Source: Candidatus Limnocylindria bacterium (lineage in GTDB: Bacteria > Chloroflexota > Limnocylindria > QHBO01). Taken from it: a DNA stretch of 64,000 nucleotides. The position numbers were made by a program, and so were the translations under genes. Of the stretch, positions 55,404 through 64,000 are shown piece by piece (the stretch's first letter is position 1; every line of letters starts with the position of its first letter). The notes under the pieces are model-generated. The model did not search any database, had not been told where the DNA came from, and saw nothing but the letters and a program-made list of their open reading frames with translations. Location: assembly GCA_038209995.1 (NCBI GenBank), contig JBBQXD010000003.1, positions 89,079 through 153,078 of the forward strand, read 5' to 3'.

Positions 55404-57116
55404 TCAGGCCGGGGTCACCTCGCCGGATTTCTCGCCGACCGACGGTCCCGTGCCGCGTCCCTCGAACCGCATCCGCAGGTCGCGCTTCGTGACCTTGCCG
55501 AGCGGGTTGCGCGGCAGCGCGTCGAGCACGAGCAGCTCCTTGGGCATCTTGTAGGCTGCGATCTGCTGCTCACCGAGCCAGCGCCGGAGCTCGCCGATGG
55601 TGAGTGCCGCATCCGGTTTGAGGACGCATGCCACGCAGATCCGCTGCTCACCCTCCATGCGCCGATCCTCGACGCCCACGACCGCCACCTCGGCGACCGC
55701 GGGGTGGCGCGAGATGAGCGCCTCGAGCTCCTCGGGGGCCACCTTCATGCCGCCGCGGATGATGAGGTCGCGCGCGCGACCGATGAACCGCAGCCGGTCT
55801 TCGCGCTCGCCGGCGATCTCGAACAGGTCGCCCGTTTGATAGAAGCCGTCGGCGTCGATGGCGCGGGCCGTCATCTCGGGGCGCCGCCAGTAGCCGGGGA
55901 AGCGGGTCGGGCCGCGAAAGACGAGCTCGGCGGCGACATCGGGCTCCGTCACCTCGTCGCCTGAGAGCGGGTCGATGAGCCTGGTCTCCGTGCCGCGCGC
56001 CGCGCGGTTGCCCCACGCCTCGCCATCGGTCCCCGGCGCGCCGAAGCGCGGGAAGTAGCGGGCGCGCTCCGCCGGATCGGGCACGGTCGCCGGATCCCCC
56101 ACCAGCGCGGTGCCCTCGTTCGAGCCGAAGAAGTTCGTGACATCGATCCCGAAGCGCTCCTTCCAGCCGACGACCATCGCCGCCGACAGCGGCGCCGACC
56201 CGGAGCCGATCACGCGCATCGAGGAGAAGTCGCCCGCGGCGAGGAGCTGCTCGTTGGCCAGCAGCATCGTCAGCAGGATCGGCGGGGCGACGGTGTAGCT
56301 GGCGCGTTCGCGGCCGATCTGCCCGAGGAAGACCGGAAGCGCCATCGGGTGATGCATGACGAGCGTGCCGGCGACCTGCAGCCAGGGGACGAACATGCCA
56401 CCGATGCCCGACATGTTGACCATCGGGAACGGGTTGAGCAGGATGTCGCCGTCCCGCAGCCGCGCGCCGTCGGTCGTCCCGTAGCCGATGCTGATCCAGT
56501 GGTTGTGGCTGCGCGGCACGCCCTTTGGCTCGGCCTCGGTGCCGCTGGTCCAGCAGATGGTGAAGATGTCGTTCGCGGTCCAGCTCGGCTCAGGCAACGA
56601 GCCACCCGTTCCGGCGAGGATCGCGTCGAGCTCGGAGCCGATCGTGATGATCGGCACGTCGGGCGCCGTCTCGCGGACCATCACGGTGTGATCGAAGCCG
56701 TGGACGCTGGTGGTCGTGATGAACGCCTTCGGCTCGGTGAGGCCCATCGTGTGCCGCAGCTCGTGTTGGCGGTACTGGACTGGCAACGGTGAGACGATGG
56801 CCCCGATGCGGCCCGCGGCCAGGTAGCTGAGCGCGAGCTCGACCACGTTCGGGAGCTGGACCATGACGACGTCGCCGGGACCGATGCCGCGGCGCAGGAG
56901 CTCGGCGCCCAGCGCATCGGCGGCCGCGGCCGCCTCCGCGTAGGTGAGGCGCTTCGGCTCGCCGACCGTCAGCTCGGCGCGGTTGGGCGGATCGACGAGC
57001 GCCAGCCGCGTCGGGTGGGTGGCCGCGTTGCCCCGGAACAGGTCGTCGAGCGTGTCGGTGCCCCACCAGCCGGCATCGGTGTAGGCGCGGATCGTCTCGG
57101 GAGCGTCGAGGATCAT
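55404..57116 (-). CDS. AMP-binding acyl-CoA synthetase / fatty-acid-CoA ligase
   Basis: AMP-binding signature (ICWTSGTEAEPKGV), GYGTTD-like and C-terminal GRARDLIIRGGMKVAPEELE motifs. 570 aa. Confidence 0.75.
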   Translation of the reverse strand: MILDAPETIRAYTDAGWWGTDTLDDLFRGNAATHPTRLALVDPPNRAELTVGEPKRLTYAEAAAAADALGAELLRRGIGPGDVVMVQLPNVVELALSYLAAGRIGAIVSPLPVQYRQHELRHTMGLTEPKAFITTTSVHGFDHTVMVRETAPDVPIITIGSELDAILAGTGGSLPEPSWTANDIFTICWTSGTEAEPKGVPRSHNHWISIGYGTTDGARLRDGDILLNPFPMVNMSGIGGMFVPWLQVAGTLVMHHPMALPVFLGQIGRERASYTVAPPILLTMLLANEQLLAAGDFSSMRVIGSGSAPLSAAMVVGWKERFGIDVTNFFGSNEGTALVGDPATVPDPAERARYFPRFGAPGTDGEAWGNRAARGTETRLIDPLSGDEVTEPDVAAELVFRGPTRFPGYWRRPEMTARAIDADGFYQTGDLFEIAGEREDRLRFIGRARDLIIRGGMKVAPEELEALISRHPAVAEVAVVGVEDRRMEGEQRICVACVLKPDAALTIGELRRWLGEQQIAAYKMPKELLVLDALPRNPLGKVTKRDLRMRFEGRGTGPSVGEKSGEVTPA

Positions 57117-57134
57117 CGTGCTGCTCTGAGTCTC

Positions 57135-57920
57135 CTATCGGTCCCTGGGGAACCAGGGGATGAAGGCCGACGTGCGGCGCATGTATGCCTCGTACCCGGT
57201 GCGCCGCTGCGCGATCGTGCGTTCGAGCATGCCCACTCCTGATACGCGGACGATGAGGAAGCTCATCACCAGCGGTGAGAAGATCGACCACCAGCCGCCC
57301 GCCGCGAGGGCGAGCAGCCAGTACGCCCACCACTGGGTGGCGTCGCCGAAGTAGTTGGGGTGCCGAGTCAGCGACCAGAGCCCCGACTGCATGGTGTGGC
57401 CCTTGTTCGCGGGGTTGCGGATGAAGGCGCTGAGCTGGGTGTCGCCAACCGCCTCGAAGGTGAAGCCGATGCCCCACACGACGATGGCGACCGCGTCGAG
57501 CCAGCTCCACCCCTGCGGCCCGCCGCTCATCACCGCGTACAGCGGCACCCCGATCACCCAGGCCAGGAGCGCCTGGAGGACGAAGACGCGCGGCAGGCTC
57601 TGCCACCACCACGCGGCGCCGACCTTGCGGCGCATGACGGTGTACCGATGGTCCTCGAGCGCGCCGGCATTCCGCCCCGCGATGTGGGTCGCCAGGCGCG
57701 TGGACCACACCGCGACCAGCACGAGCAGCACGATCTCGCGACCGATGAAGCCGCGGTCCGGCGTCAGCGCGTAGACGATCGCCTGGAGGAGGAAGAAGGG
57801 ACCCCAGAAGATGTCGACCACGCTCGTGTCGTTGGCGCGGATGCTGACCAGCCAGACGAGTATGGCCGCCACGAGGAGTGCGCCGAGCCCCGCGGCGAGC
57901 GGCTCGAGATGCTCGGTCAC
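57135..57920 (-). CDS. DUF1295 family membrane protein (steroid-5-alpha-reductase / ICMT-like fold)
   Basis: Multiple TM helices and the C-terminal pattern GLWSLTRHPNYFGD typical of DUF1295/methyltransferase-reductase-like membrane enzymes. GTG start assumed at Val32 of the track ORF. Confidence 0.5.
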   Translation of the reverse strand: MTEHLEPLAAGLGALLVAAILVWLVSIRANDTSVVDIFWGPFFLLQAIVYALTPDRGFIGREIVLLVLVAVWSTRLATHIAGRNAGALEDHRYTVMRRKVGAAWWWQSLPRVFVLQALLAWVIGVPLYAVMSGGPQGWSWLDAVAIVVWGIGFTFEAVGDTQLSAFIRNPANKGHTMQSGLWSLTRHPNYFGDATQWWAYWLLALAAGGWWSIFSPLVMSFLIVRVSGVGMLERTIAQRRTGYEAYMRRTSAFIPWFPRDR

Positions 57921-58156
57921 GGACGGGGTACGGGCTGGGCGGCGCCGTGCATCACGCGGGCAGTATGCCCGAGCCGGTCGTGACGCCTCTTGACACGCGC
58001 GCTGGACGCGCACGAGGATGATGGTCCCGCTTCGATCACGCTAGCTCCGATTCGTACCCGCGCACCATCGTCCTCATCGGCGCGCGTTCGAGGCAGGTGA
58101 CTCCACGTCCCGCATGAAGCGGAGCGCGCAGCTCGGTCTCTCGCTCGATTTGCCAG

Positions 58157-59158
58157 TCAGGTGAGGCTGGTCGGGATCTCATCGACGGCGACGGTTCGCC
58201 GCTCGACGTGGGACCGGGTGGCGGCGACGGCGATCCGCATCGCCTCCACGCCGTCGCGGGCATTCGACGCCGGCGCGCGCTCGCCACGCGCGGCGGCCAG
58301 GAACGCGGTGAGCTCCGCCCGGTAGGCCACGGTGAAACGCTCGAGGTAGCCCGACCAGGCGGCGGCGCGGCCCGCGGCATCCGGCCAGTCGAGATGCGTG
58401 GCCGGGGTCCGCGGCGAGAGCCCCGCCGTCGCGGCCACGCCATCGGCGAGGACCTCGGCTCGGATGTCGTAGCCGCCGGGGTGCAGCCAGCTCGCCGAGA
58501 GGACCGCGAGTGCGCCGCCGGAGAGGCGCATGGTGACGATCGCGCTCTCGATGCCGCGCGGGTCAGCGGGCCGCGCCTGGTCGCGGCGGCTCGCCTCCAC
58601 CGCCACGGTCGCGACCTCCTGGCCGGTGACCCAGCGCACCACGTCGAAATCGTGGATCGACGAGTCGCGGAAGATCGGCGCCACCTCGGAGCGCGGCCAC
58701 CCATCGAGGGCCGGCGGCTCGAAGCGCGGATCGAAGGCGGTGAGGCGCACGAGATGGATGCGGTGTCCGGCGACCGCCTCGCGCAGGGCGACGAAGCCGG
58801 GGTCGTGGCGCCGCTGGAAGCCGAGCTCGACGTGCGTGCCCGCCGTCGCGCGCTCGGCGAGTGCGATCGAGGAGGCGAGCGCATCGGTCAGCGGCTTCTC
58901 GCACAGGACGTGGATGCCGCGTGCGAGCGCCTCCTCGACCGCGGCGGCGTGGTATTCGGGCGGCGTGGCGACGATGACCGCCTCGGCCCGCTCCATCGCC
59001 TTCTCGAGACCGATGGCGCTGCCGCCCACCCGCTCCGCGACCATCGCCGCCCGGGCCGTGTCCACGTCGACGACGAGCAGCTCGACGTCGGGCATGGCGC
59101 CCAGCAGCTCGGCGTGCAGCGCCCCCATGCTGCCCGCACCGATGACCGCGACCCTCAT
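58157..59158 (-). CDS. Gfo/Idh/MocA family oxidoreductase (inositol 2-dehydrogenase-like)
   Basis: Rossmann MRVAVIGAGSMGALHA and the conserved EKP motif (VLCEKPL). Confidence 0.7.
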   Translation of the reverse strand: MRVAVIGAGSMGALHAELLGAMPDVELLVVDVDTARAAMVAERVGGSAIGLEKAMERAEAVIVATPPEYHAAAVEEALARGIHVLCEKPLTDALASSIALAERATAGTHVELGFQRRHDPGFVALREAVAGHRIHLVRLTAFDPRFEPPALDGWPRSEVAPIFRDSSIHDFDVVRWVTGQEVATVAVEASRRDQARPADPRGIESAIVTMRLSGGALAVLSASWLHPGGYDIRAEVLADGVAATAGLSPRTPATHLDWPDAAGRAAAWSGYLERFTVAYRAELTAFLAAARGERAPASNARDGVEAMRIAVAATRSHVERRTVAVDEIPTSLT

Positions 59159-60051
59159 CGGTCCAGCCGTGCGATGCCCGTCCGCAGCGCCTCCATCCCG
59201 ATGCGCGCCGCGTCGACCGGTGGCAGCCACGAGGAGTCCTGCTCGACCATCAGCCAGCCCGGGTAGTCGCGGGCGCCCAGCGCGACCAGCACGCCGCCGA
59301 GGTCGAGCATCCCGTTGCCGGGCTCGGTGAAGATCCGCTCGCGTACCGCGCCCATGAAGCCGTCGATCTCGCCGGCCCGCAGCCGTGCCAGGACGGCCGG
59401 GTCAACGTCCTTGACGTGGACGTGGGTGACGAGCTCGCCGTAGTCGCGAAGCGCCGTCACCGGGTCGCCACCGCCGACGATGAAGTGCCCGACGTCGAGG
59501 CAGATCCCGGCACCCGTGCCGGCGAGGCGGCCCGCCAGCGCGTCGACCTCGTCGGGCGCCTCGATGAAGGTGGCGGTGTGCGGGTGGAACGTGACCTTCA
59601 CCCCGTCCGGGGCGGTCGTGGCCAGCTCGCCGAGGAGCGCCGCGAGATCGTCGAAGGCGGTGGCCGGCCAGCGTGGCGCGCCCTCCGCCACGCGGCCGCT
59701 CCAGCGATCCCGCTCGCCGCCGCCGTCGAGGGCCACGTTGAGCACCTCGCCGTGCGCGGCGATCAGGCGCCCGAGGTCCCGCCGCGCGATGTCGCCGGCG
59801 CCGGGCGCGAGGCCGTCGGCATCGGAGTCGATCGCCGAGTAGAGCTCCGCGAAGCGCAGGCCGCGGCGGCGCAACTCGCCGCGGAGCGGCTCGCCCTCCG
59901 GGAAGCCGCGGCCGTGCTGCGTGCCCTGGTAGCCGAGCGCCACGTACGCGTCGAGGATCTCCGCGTACGGCACCGCGGGGCCGAGGTCGGGCAGGTCGAC
60001 GTTGTTCCAGACGATCGGGACGCAGCCGATCGGCGCGCCGGCGAGGCTCAT
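59155..60051 (-). CDS. sugar phosphate isomerase/epimerase (xylose-isomerase-like TIM barrel; IolE/IolI-like)
   Basis: TIM-barrel metal-site pattern (HPHTATF ... DVGHF ... E). ATGA overlap with the downstream Gfo/Idh/MocA gene. Confidence 0.6.
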   Translation of the reverse strand: MSLAGAPIGCVPIVWNNVDLPDLGPAVPYAEILDAYVALGYQGTQHGRGFPEGEPLRGELRRRGLRFAELYSAIDSDADGLAPGAGDIARRDLGRLIAAHGEVLNVALDGGGERDRWSGRVAEGAPRWPATAFDDLAALLGELATTAPDGVKVTFHPHTATFIEAPDEVDALAGRLAGTGAGICLDVGHFIVGGGDPVTALRDYGELVTHVHVKDVDPAVLARLRAGEIDGFMGAVRERIFTEPGNGMLDLGGVLVALGARDYPGWLMVEQDSSWLPPVDAARIGMEALRTGIARLDR

Positions 60052-61826
60052 CGCACCTGCTCCTCCAACCGGCCGCGCAGCTGCTCCTCGTGCGCCGGGC
60101 GGCCCTCAGGGACCGGCACGTCCCACCAACCGGTCTTGTCAGGTCCGGCCACGGCCAGCTCGCGATCCACGCGCACGTGGACGAGCGACGGCCCGCCGGA
60201 TGCCAGGCCGCGTTCGACGGCGGGCCGCACGTCGGCAGCCACATCGGCGAACTCAGCGTGGATGCCAAAGGCGCGACCGATGGCCGCGAAGTCCGGCGAG
60301 TACGGACTGCCATCGCGGAGGAAGTCGGTCGCCGCGGTGCGTCCGAAGTGCGCCTGCTGGCCGCCCTTGATGCTGATCCACCCCGAGTTGTCGAGCACCA
60401 CCGTGCAGACCGGCGTGCCGAGCATCGCCGCGCTGGCGAGCTCCTGCATGGTCTGCAGAAAATCGCCATCGCCGCAGATCGCCAGCACCTGCGCATCGGG
60501 CCGCGCGAGCTGAGCGCCGATCGCGGCGGGGAGCGTGAAGCCCATGGTCGAGAAGCCGCCCGAGGTGATGTGCGTTCGCGGCTGCCGCGTCACCCAGCGC
60601 TGCTTCACCATCCCCTGCGGCAGCCCGGCGCCGGTCACGACGATCGCGTCGTCCCGGGTCGCCGCCTGCACCTCGCGCACGGCGCGCGCCATGGTCATCG
60701 GTGCGGCCTCGGAGCCCGATTTGACCTCCACCTGCTCCTCCCACGCCGTCCGCAGCTTCGCGATCTCCTCCCCGTGGACCGATGCGGGCGCGCCGCGCCC
60801 GAGCGCGGCAACGAGGTCCGCGAGCCCGCTGCGTGCGTCGCCGACGAGCGGCACCGTGGCCGGGTACGTCTTCCCGATCTCGCGCGGGTCGATCTCGAGC
60901 TGGATGAGCTGCGTCGGCGGAATCGCGAACGTCACGCCGGCCCGCCACGACGAGGCGGACCAGTCGACGAAGCGGCAGCCGACCGAGAGGATCACGTCCG
61001 CGGACGCGGCCAGCGCGTTGCCGATCGTCGAGCCGGTGTCGCCGATCGTCTGCCCGGCCAGCGGATGGGTCTCGTCGATCGCCCCCTTGCCGTTCCAGGT
61101 CGTGACCACCGGCGCGCCGAGCCGCTCGGCGAGGGCGCGCAGCTCCGGCGTGGCATCAGCCGAGATCACCCCGCCGCCGGCGATGATGACCGGCCGCTTC
61201 GCGGTGGTCAGCAGCCGCGCGGCGCGCTCGACGAGGTCGGCGTCGGGTCGCGGGCGGCCCCCTGGCGGCACCTCGCGGAGCGTGACCTCGGCCGCATCGG
61301 CCTGCACGTCCATCGGCACGTCCAGCAGCACCGGTCCCGGTCGGCCGCTGCGCATGGCGTGCCAGGCGCGGTCGAGGACGAACGGCAGCTCGTCGACCCG
61401 CGACGGCTGCCACCACTCCTTGACGACCGGCTCGAAGATGCGCGGGTTGTCGGCCACGTGGCGGCGCTCGAGCTCCTGGAGCAGGCCGCGGCCGCGCAGG
61501 TAGGTGTGCGGCGAGCCGGTGAACAGCGCCACCGCGGTCGAGTCGACGTACGCCGTCGCCATCCCGATCACCGTGTTCGTCGCGCCCGGACCGATGCTCG
61601 TGAACGCCACCATCGGCTCACCGCTGGCGCGGTAGTACCCGTCGGCGAGGTGCACGGCCGATTGCTCGTGCATGACCTGCACGGTGCGGATCGCGTCGGC
61701 GCGGTCGAGGAGCGCGTCGGTGAGCGTCCAGCAGCCGTGGCCCGGGATGCCGGCGGCGAAGCGGACGCCCTGGCGAACCAGGTGCTCCACGACGACCTGG
61801 GCGCCCGTCAGGCGCTGGGGTGGCAT
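60048..61826 (-). CDS. thiamine-pyrophosphate-dependent enzyme (IolD / acetolactate-synthase-like)
   Basis: N-terminal Pyr domain (GIPGHG ... ), central domain and C-terminal TPP-binding GDGDF motif (ICGDGDFLQTMQELASAA ... N). Overlaps the IolE-like gene. Confidence 0.7.
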   Translation of the reverse strand: MPPQRLTGAQVVVEHLVRQGVRFAAGIPGHGCWTLTDALLDRADAIRTVQVMHEQSAVHLADGYYRASGEPMVAFTSIGPGATNTVIGMATAYVDSTAVALFTGSPHTYLRGRGLLQELERRHVADNPRIFEPVVKEWWQPSRVDELPFVLDRAWHAMRSGRPGPVLLDVPMDVQADAAEVTLREVPPGGRPRPDADLVERAARLLTTAKRPVIIAGGGVISADATPELRALAERLGAPVVTTWNGKGAIDETHPLAGQTIGDTGSTIGNALAASADVILSVGCRFVDWSASSWRAGVTFAIPPTQLIQLEIDPREIGKTYPATVPLVGDARSGLADLVAALGRGAPASVHGEEIAKLRTAWEEQVEVKSGSEAAPMTMARAVREVQAATRDDAIVVTGAGLPQGMVKQRWVTRQPRTHITSGGFSTMGFTLPAAIGAQLARPDAQVLAICGDGDFLQTMQELASAAMLGTPVCTVVLDNSGWISIKGGQQAHFGRTAATDFLRDGSPYSPDFAAIGRAFGIHAEFADVAADVRPAVERGLASGGPSLVHVRVDRELAVAGPDKTGWWDVPVPEGRPAHEEQLRGRLEEQVR

Positions 61827-61868
61827 GGCTCGATTCTATCGGCCGCCACCTGGTGCGATCATTGGTCC

Positions 61869-62942
61869 ATGCCGCCGCTCCTTGCCGACACCCCGCTCGG
61901 CCGCACCGTCGCCGGGTTCGCCACCGACATCTGGAACGACAGCTGCAACGTCGACGAGCTCGCGTACGCCGTCTCGTTCGGCGCCGTGGGTGCCACCGCG
62001 AACCCGACCATCGTGGTCGACAACTGGCGCAAGGATCCGGCGCGGCAGGCGGATCGCGTCCGAGCCCTCGTCGCCGACCACGCAACCTGGTCCGAGCGCG
62101 AGCTGGCGTGGGAGATCGTGGCCGAGATGAGCGTGGCCGCGGCGCCGCTCCTGCTCCCGGCCTTCGAGGCCTCGGGCGGCCGCGCCGGTCGGCTCTCGAT
62201 GCAGACCGATCCCACCCTCTACCGCGACGCGGCCGCCATGGTCGCCCAGGCCGAGGGCTTCATGGCCCTCGCACCGAACATCATCGTGAAGTTTCCCACC
62301 ACCACCGCCGGCGTGGCCGCGATGGAGGAGGCGACCGCGCGCGGGATCAGCGTCAACGCCACGGTGAGCTTCTCCGTCCCGCAGGCGATAGCGGCGGCCG
62401 AGGCGGTGGAGCGCGGCCTGGCCCGGCGCACCGCCGCCGGCGCATCGGTCGACGAGATGGGGCCGGTGATCACGATCATGATGGGCCGCCTCGAGGACTG
62501 GCTGCGCGAGGTGGGGGAGCGCGACGGCGTGATCTACGACCCCGACGCGCTGCCGTGGGCCGGCGTGGCGGTCTTCAAGCGCGCCGTGGCCGAGTGGCAG
62601 TCGCGTGGTCTCCAGGCGCGCCTCCTCGGCGCTGCGATCCGGCACCACTACCACTGGTCGGAGCTCATAGGCGGGGACGTGGTCATCACCCTGCCCGCCG
62701 CGTGGCAGCGACGCTTCAACGCCTCGTCGGTCGCGGTCCGGTCGCGGATCGACGTCCCGGTGGATCCGCGCCACGTCCGCGCGCTATGCGACGCGTTTCC
62801 GGATTTCCGGCGCGCGTACAGCCCGGATGGCCTGGCGATCGACGAGTTCGCGGCCTGGGGACCCAGCGTAAAGACGCTGCGCGCGTTCATCGCCTCCTAC
62901 CACGAGCTGCTCCACCTCGTCGCTGAGGCGCTCCTGGCGTGA
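61869..62942 (+). CDS. transaldolase family protein
   Basis: Transaldolase/FSA-like motifs (GATANPT; NIIVKFPTT with the Schiff-base Lys). The track ORF 60090..62942 is trimmed to the ATG at 61869. Confidence 0.55.
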   Translation: MPPLLADTPLGRTVAGFATDIWNDSCNVDELAYAVSFGAVGATANPTIVVDNWRKDPARQADRVRALVADHATWSERELAWEIVAEMSVAAAPLLLPAFEASGGRAGRLSMQTDPTLYRDAAAMVAQAEGFMALAPNIIVKFPTTTAGVAAMEEATARGISVNATVSFSVPQAIAAAEAVERGLARRTAAGASVDEMGPVITIMMGRLEDWLREVGERDGVIYDPDALPWAGVAVFKRAVAEWQSRGLQARLLGAAIRHHYHWSELIGGDVVITLPAAWQRRFNASSVAVRSRIDVPVDPRHVRALCDAFPDFRRAYSPDGLAIDEFAAWGPSVKTLRAFIASYHELLHLVAEALLA

Positions 62943-63745
62943 CCATTCCGGAAGTGCGCCTCGCACCCGGCATGCCGGTCACGCCCGAGCGTGCCGGCTG
63001 GCGCTACCTCTCGTTCCGGGTCGAGACGCTCGCCGGCCCCGCGATCCTTGGGGCCGCGGAGCGCGAGACGGCGCTCGTGATCCTCTCCGGAGGCGGGTTG
63101 CGGATCGGCGAGCGGGAGGTGCCCGGTCGGACATCGGTCTGGGAGCGGCGCGCGTCGGCCGCCTACCTGCCGGCAGGGTGTCGGGTCGAGGTCGCGCCGC
63201 TCGGCCCATCGGTCGAGCTCGCGATCGCGGAGGCCACGGCGGAGCCGATCGGCAACGAGCCCGTGCTCATCGGTCCGAAGGAAGTGACGGTCGAGGTCCG
63301 TGGTGCCGGCAACGCCACGCGCGAGGTGCATCACATCATCACCCCGCATTTCCCCGCCCACCGGCTCGAGGTGGTCGAGGTCTACACGCCCTCGGGCAAC
63401 TGGTCGTCGTGGCCGCCGCACAAGCACGACACCGATGACATGCCCCGCGAGGCGATCCTCGAGGAGATCTACGCGTACCGATTCCGGCGCCCGCAGGCCT
63501 GGGGCATCCAGCGCCTCTACGGCGGGTCGGTCGACGGGCTGTGGGCGGTGCGCGACGGGGAGACGGTGATCGTCCGCGACGGCTATCACCCTTTCGCCGC
63601 CACCCACGGCGATGACGCCTACTACCTCAACGCCCTCGCCGGGGATCGGCGGACCATGGCGTGCTCGTACGACCCCTTGCTGGATGGCGTGCGCGAGGCG
63701 TGGGAGGGGATGGCGCGAGATCCGCGGGTGCCGCTGGTCCCGTAG
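62939..63745 (+). CDS. iolB: 5-deoxy-glucuronate isomerase (IolB/KduI-like cupin)
   Basis: 268-aa bicupin with a pattern typical of IolB (HHIITPHFPAHRLEVVEVYTPSGNWSSWPPHKHD). GTGA overlap with the upstream gene. Confidence 0.65.
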   Translation: MTIPEVRLAPGMPVTPERAGWRYLSFRVETLAGPAILGAAERETALVILSGGGLRIGEREVPGRTSVWERRASAAYLPAGCRVEVAPLGPSVELAIAEATAEPIGNEPVLIGPKEVTVEVRGAGNATREVHHIITPHFPAHRLEVVEVYTPSGNWSSWPPHKHDTDDMPREAILEEIYAYRFRRPQAWGIQRLYGGSVDGLWAVRDGETVIVRDGYHPFAATHGDDAYYLNALAGDRRTMACSYDPLLDGVREAWEGMARDPRVPLVP

Positions 63746-64000
63746 CGGGTCGATCCCGCGTGGCCGGGAGCGCGGTCGCCCGCCCGCGCGTGCCGGTCAG
63801 GTATGCACCGGGTGGGTCAAATCGTCACGGCAGTTGCCGAATATGCACCGCGTGGGTGGAATCACAACGCAGGGCCCCCGTGCGTGGCCATCCCAGCCGT
63901 CAGATGCATATCCGACCACCCCGTTAGCCGTTTGACCCACACGGTGGATAAGCGGTCGCCTAGCCCCGCCGCACCGGGACCAACCCGCTACGCCACTTCC

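Noticed and set aside
60090-62942. 950-aa plus-strand track ORF
   Set aside because: Its first about 590 aa are antisense to the TPP enzyme (60048-61826). Only the C-terminal 358 aa from the ATG at 61869 carry transaldolase-family motifs.
1-64000. tRNA, rRNA or tmRNA genes
   Set aside because: I scanned intergenic regions for the conserved T-loop consensus (GTTCGAATC / GGTTCGA) and rRNA-like conserved blocks and found none. Intergenic spaces are short and accounted for by promoters or terminators.

Overview
This is a very GC-rich (roughly 70%) bacterial chromosomal segment, most likely actinobacterial or a similar F420-using lineage. Genes are densely packed and many have 4-nt ATGA/GTGA stop-start overlaps. 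All calls are from reading the sequence and ORF track only; no database searches were run.

Main blocks, 5' to 3':
1. 2.56-5.8 kb: a lower-GC accessory islet. It holds two hypothetical genes, a degraded RHS/YD-repeat remnant, an intact RHS C-terminal tip (putative toxin domain), and a tightly coupled META/HslJ-like membrane protein that is a candidate immunity gene.
2. 6.3-11.3 kb: a reductive pyrimidine catabolism cluster (beta-ureidopropionase, dihydropyrimidinase) in which a luciferase-like F420-type oxidoreductase sits where a dihydropyrimidine dehydrogenase would be expected. The cluster is interrupted by an opposite-strand HhH-GPD gene and a vapBC toxin-antitoxin pair.
3. 16.4-20.1 kb: a translationally coupled operon of PPOX-type F420 enzyme, LLM-type F420 enzyme, cofD, cofC and cofE.
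4. 20.7-22.6 kb: hom-asd.
5. Two DUF885 paralogues, a HAD-SRPBCC-SRPBCC/epimerase operon, and TetR, MarR and LysR regulators with MFS transporters.
6. 35.8-45.5 kb: a C2/C3 carbon assimilation neighbourhood with a long-form isocitrate lyase, two AMP-forming acyl/acetyl-CoA synthetases and an MHS transporter.
7. 46.3-47.1 kb: an IdeR/DtxR regulator.
8. 49.5-53.7 kb: a four-gene operon starting with a (Glu-Pro)n-repeat single-pass membrane protein that has a beta-propeller-like C-terminal domain, followed by DUF971, a patatin-like phospholipase and a PIG-L deacetylase.
9. 58.1-63.7 kb: a myo-inositol catabolism-like cluster (iolG/E/D/B-like plus a transaldolase-family gene) that runs off the window edge.

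Non-coding features:
- A family of GTGAC-N7-GTCAC palindromic tandem repeats at two loci (about 20.2 kb and 53.8 kb).
- A (GGCCGCGCC)n microsatellite.
- Two hairpin terminators.
- A hexanucleotide-repeat tract encoding (EP)n.

No rRNA, tRNA or CRISPR arrays were recognised.
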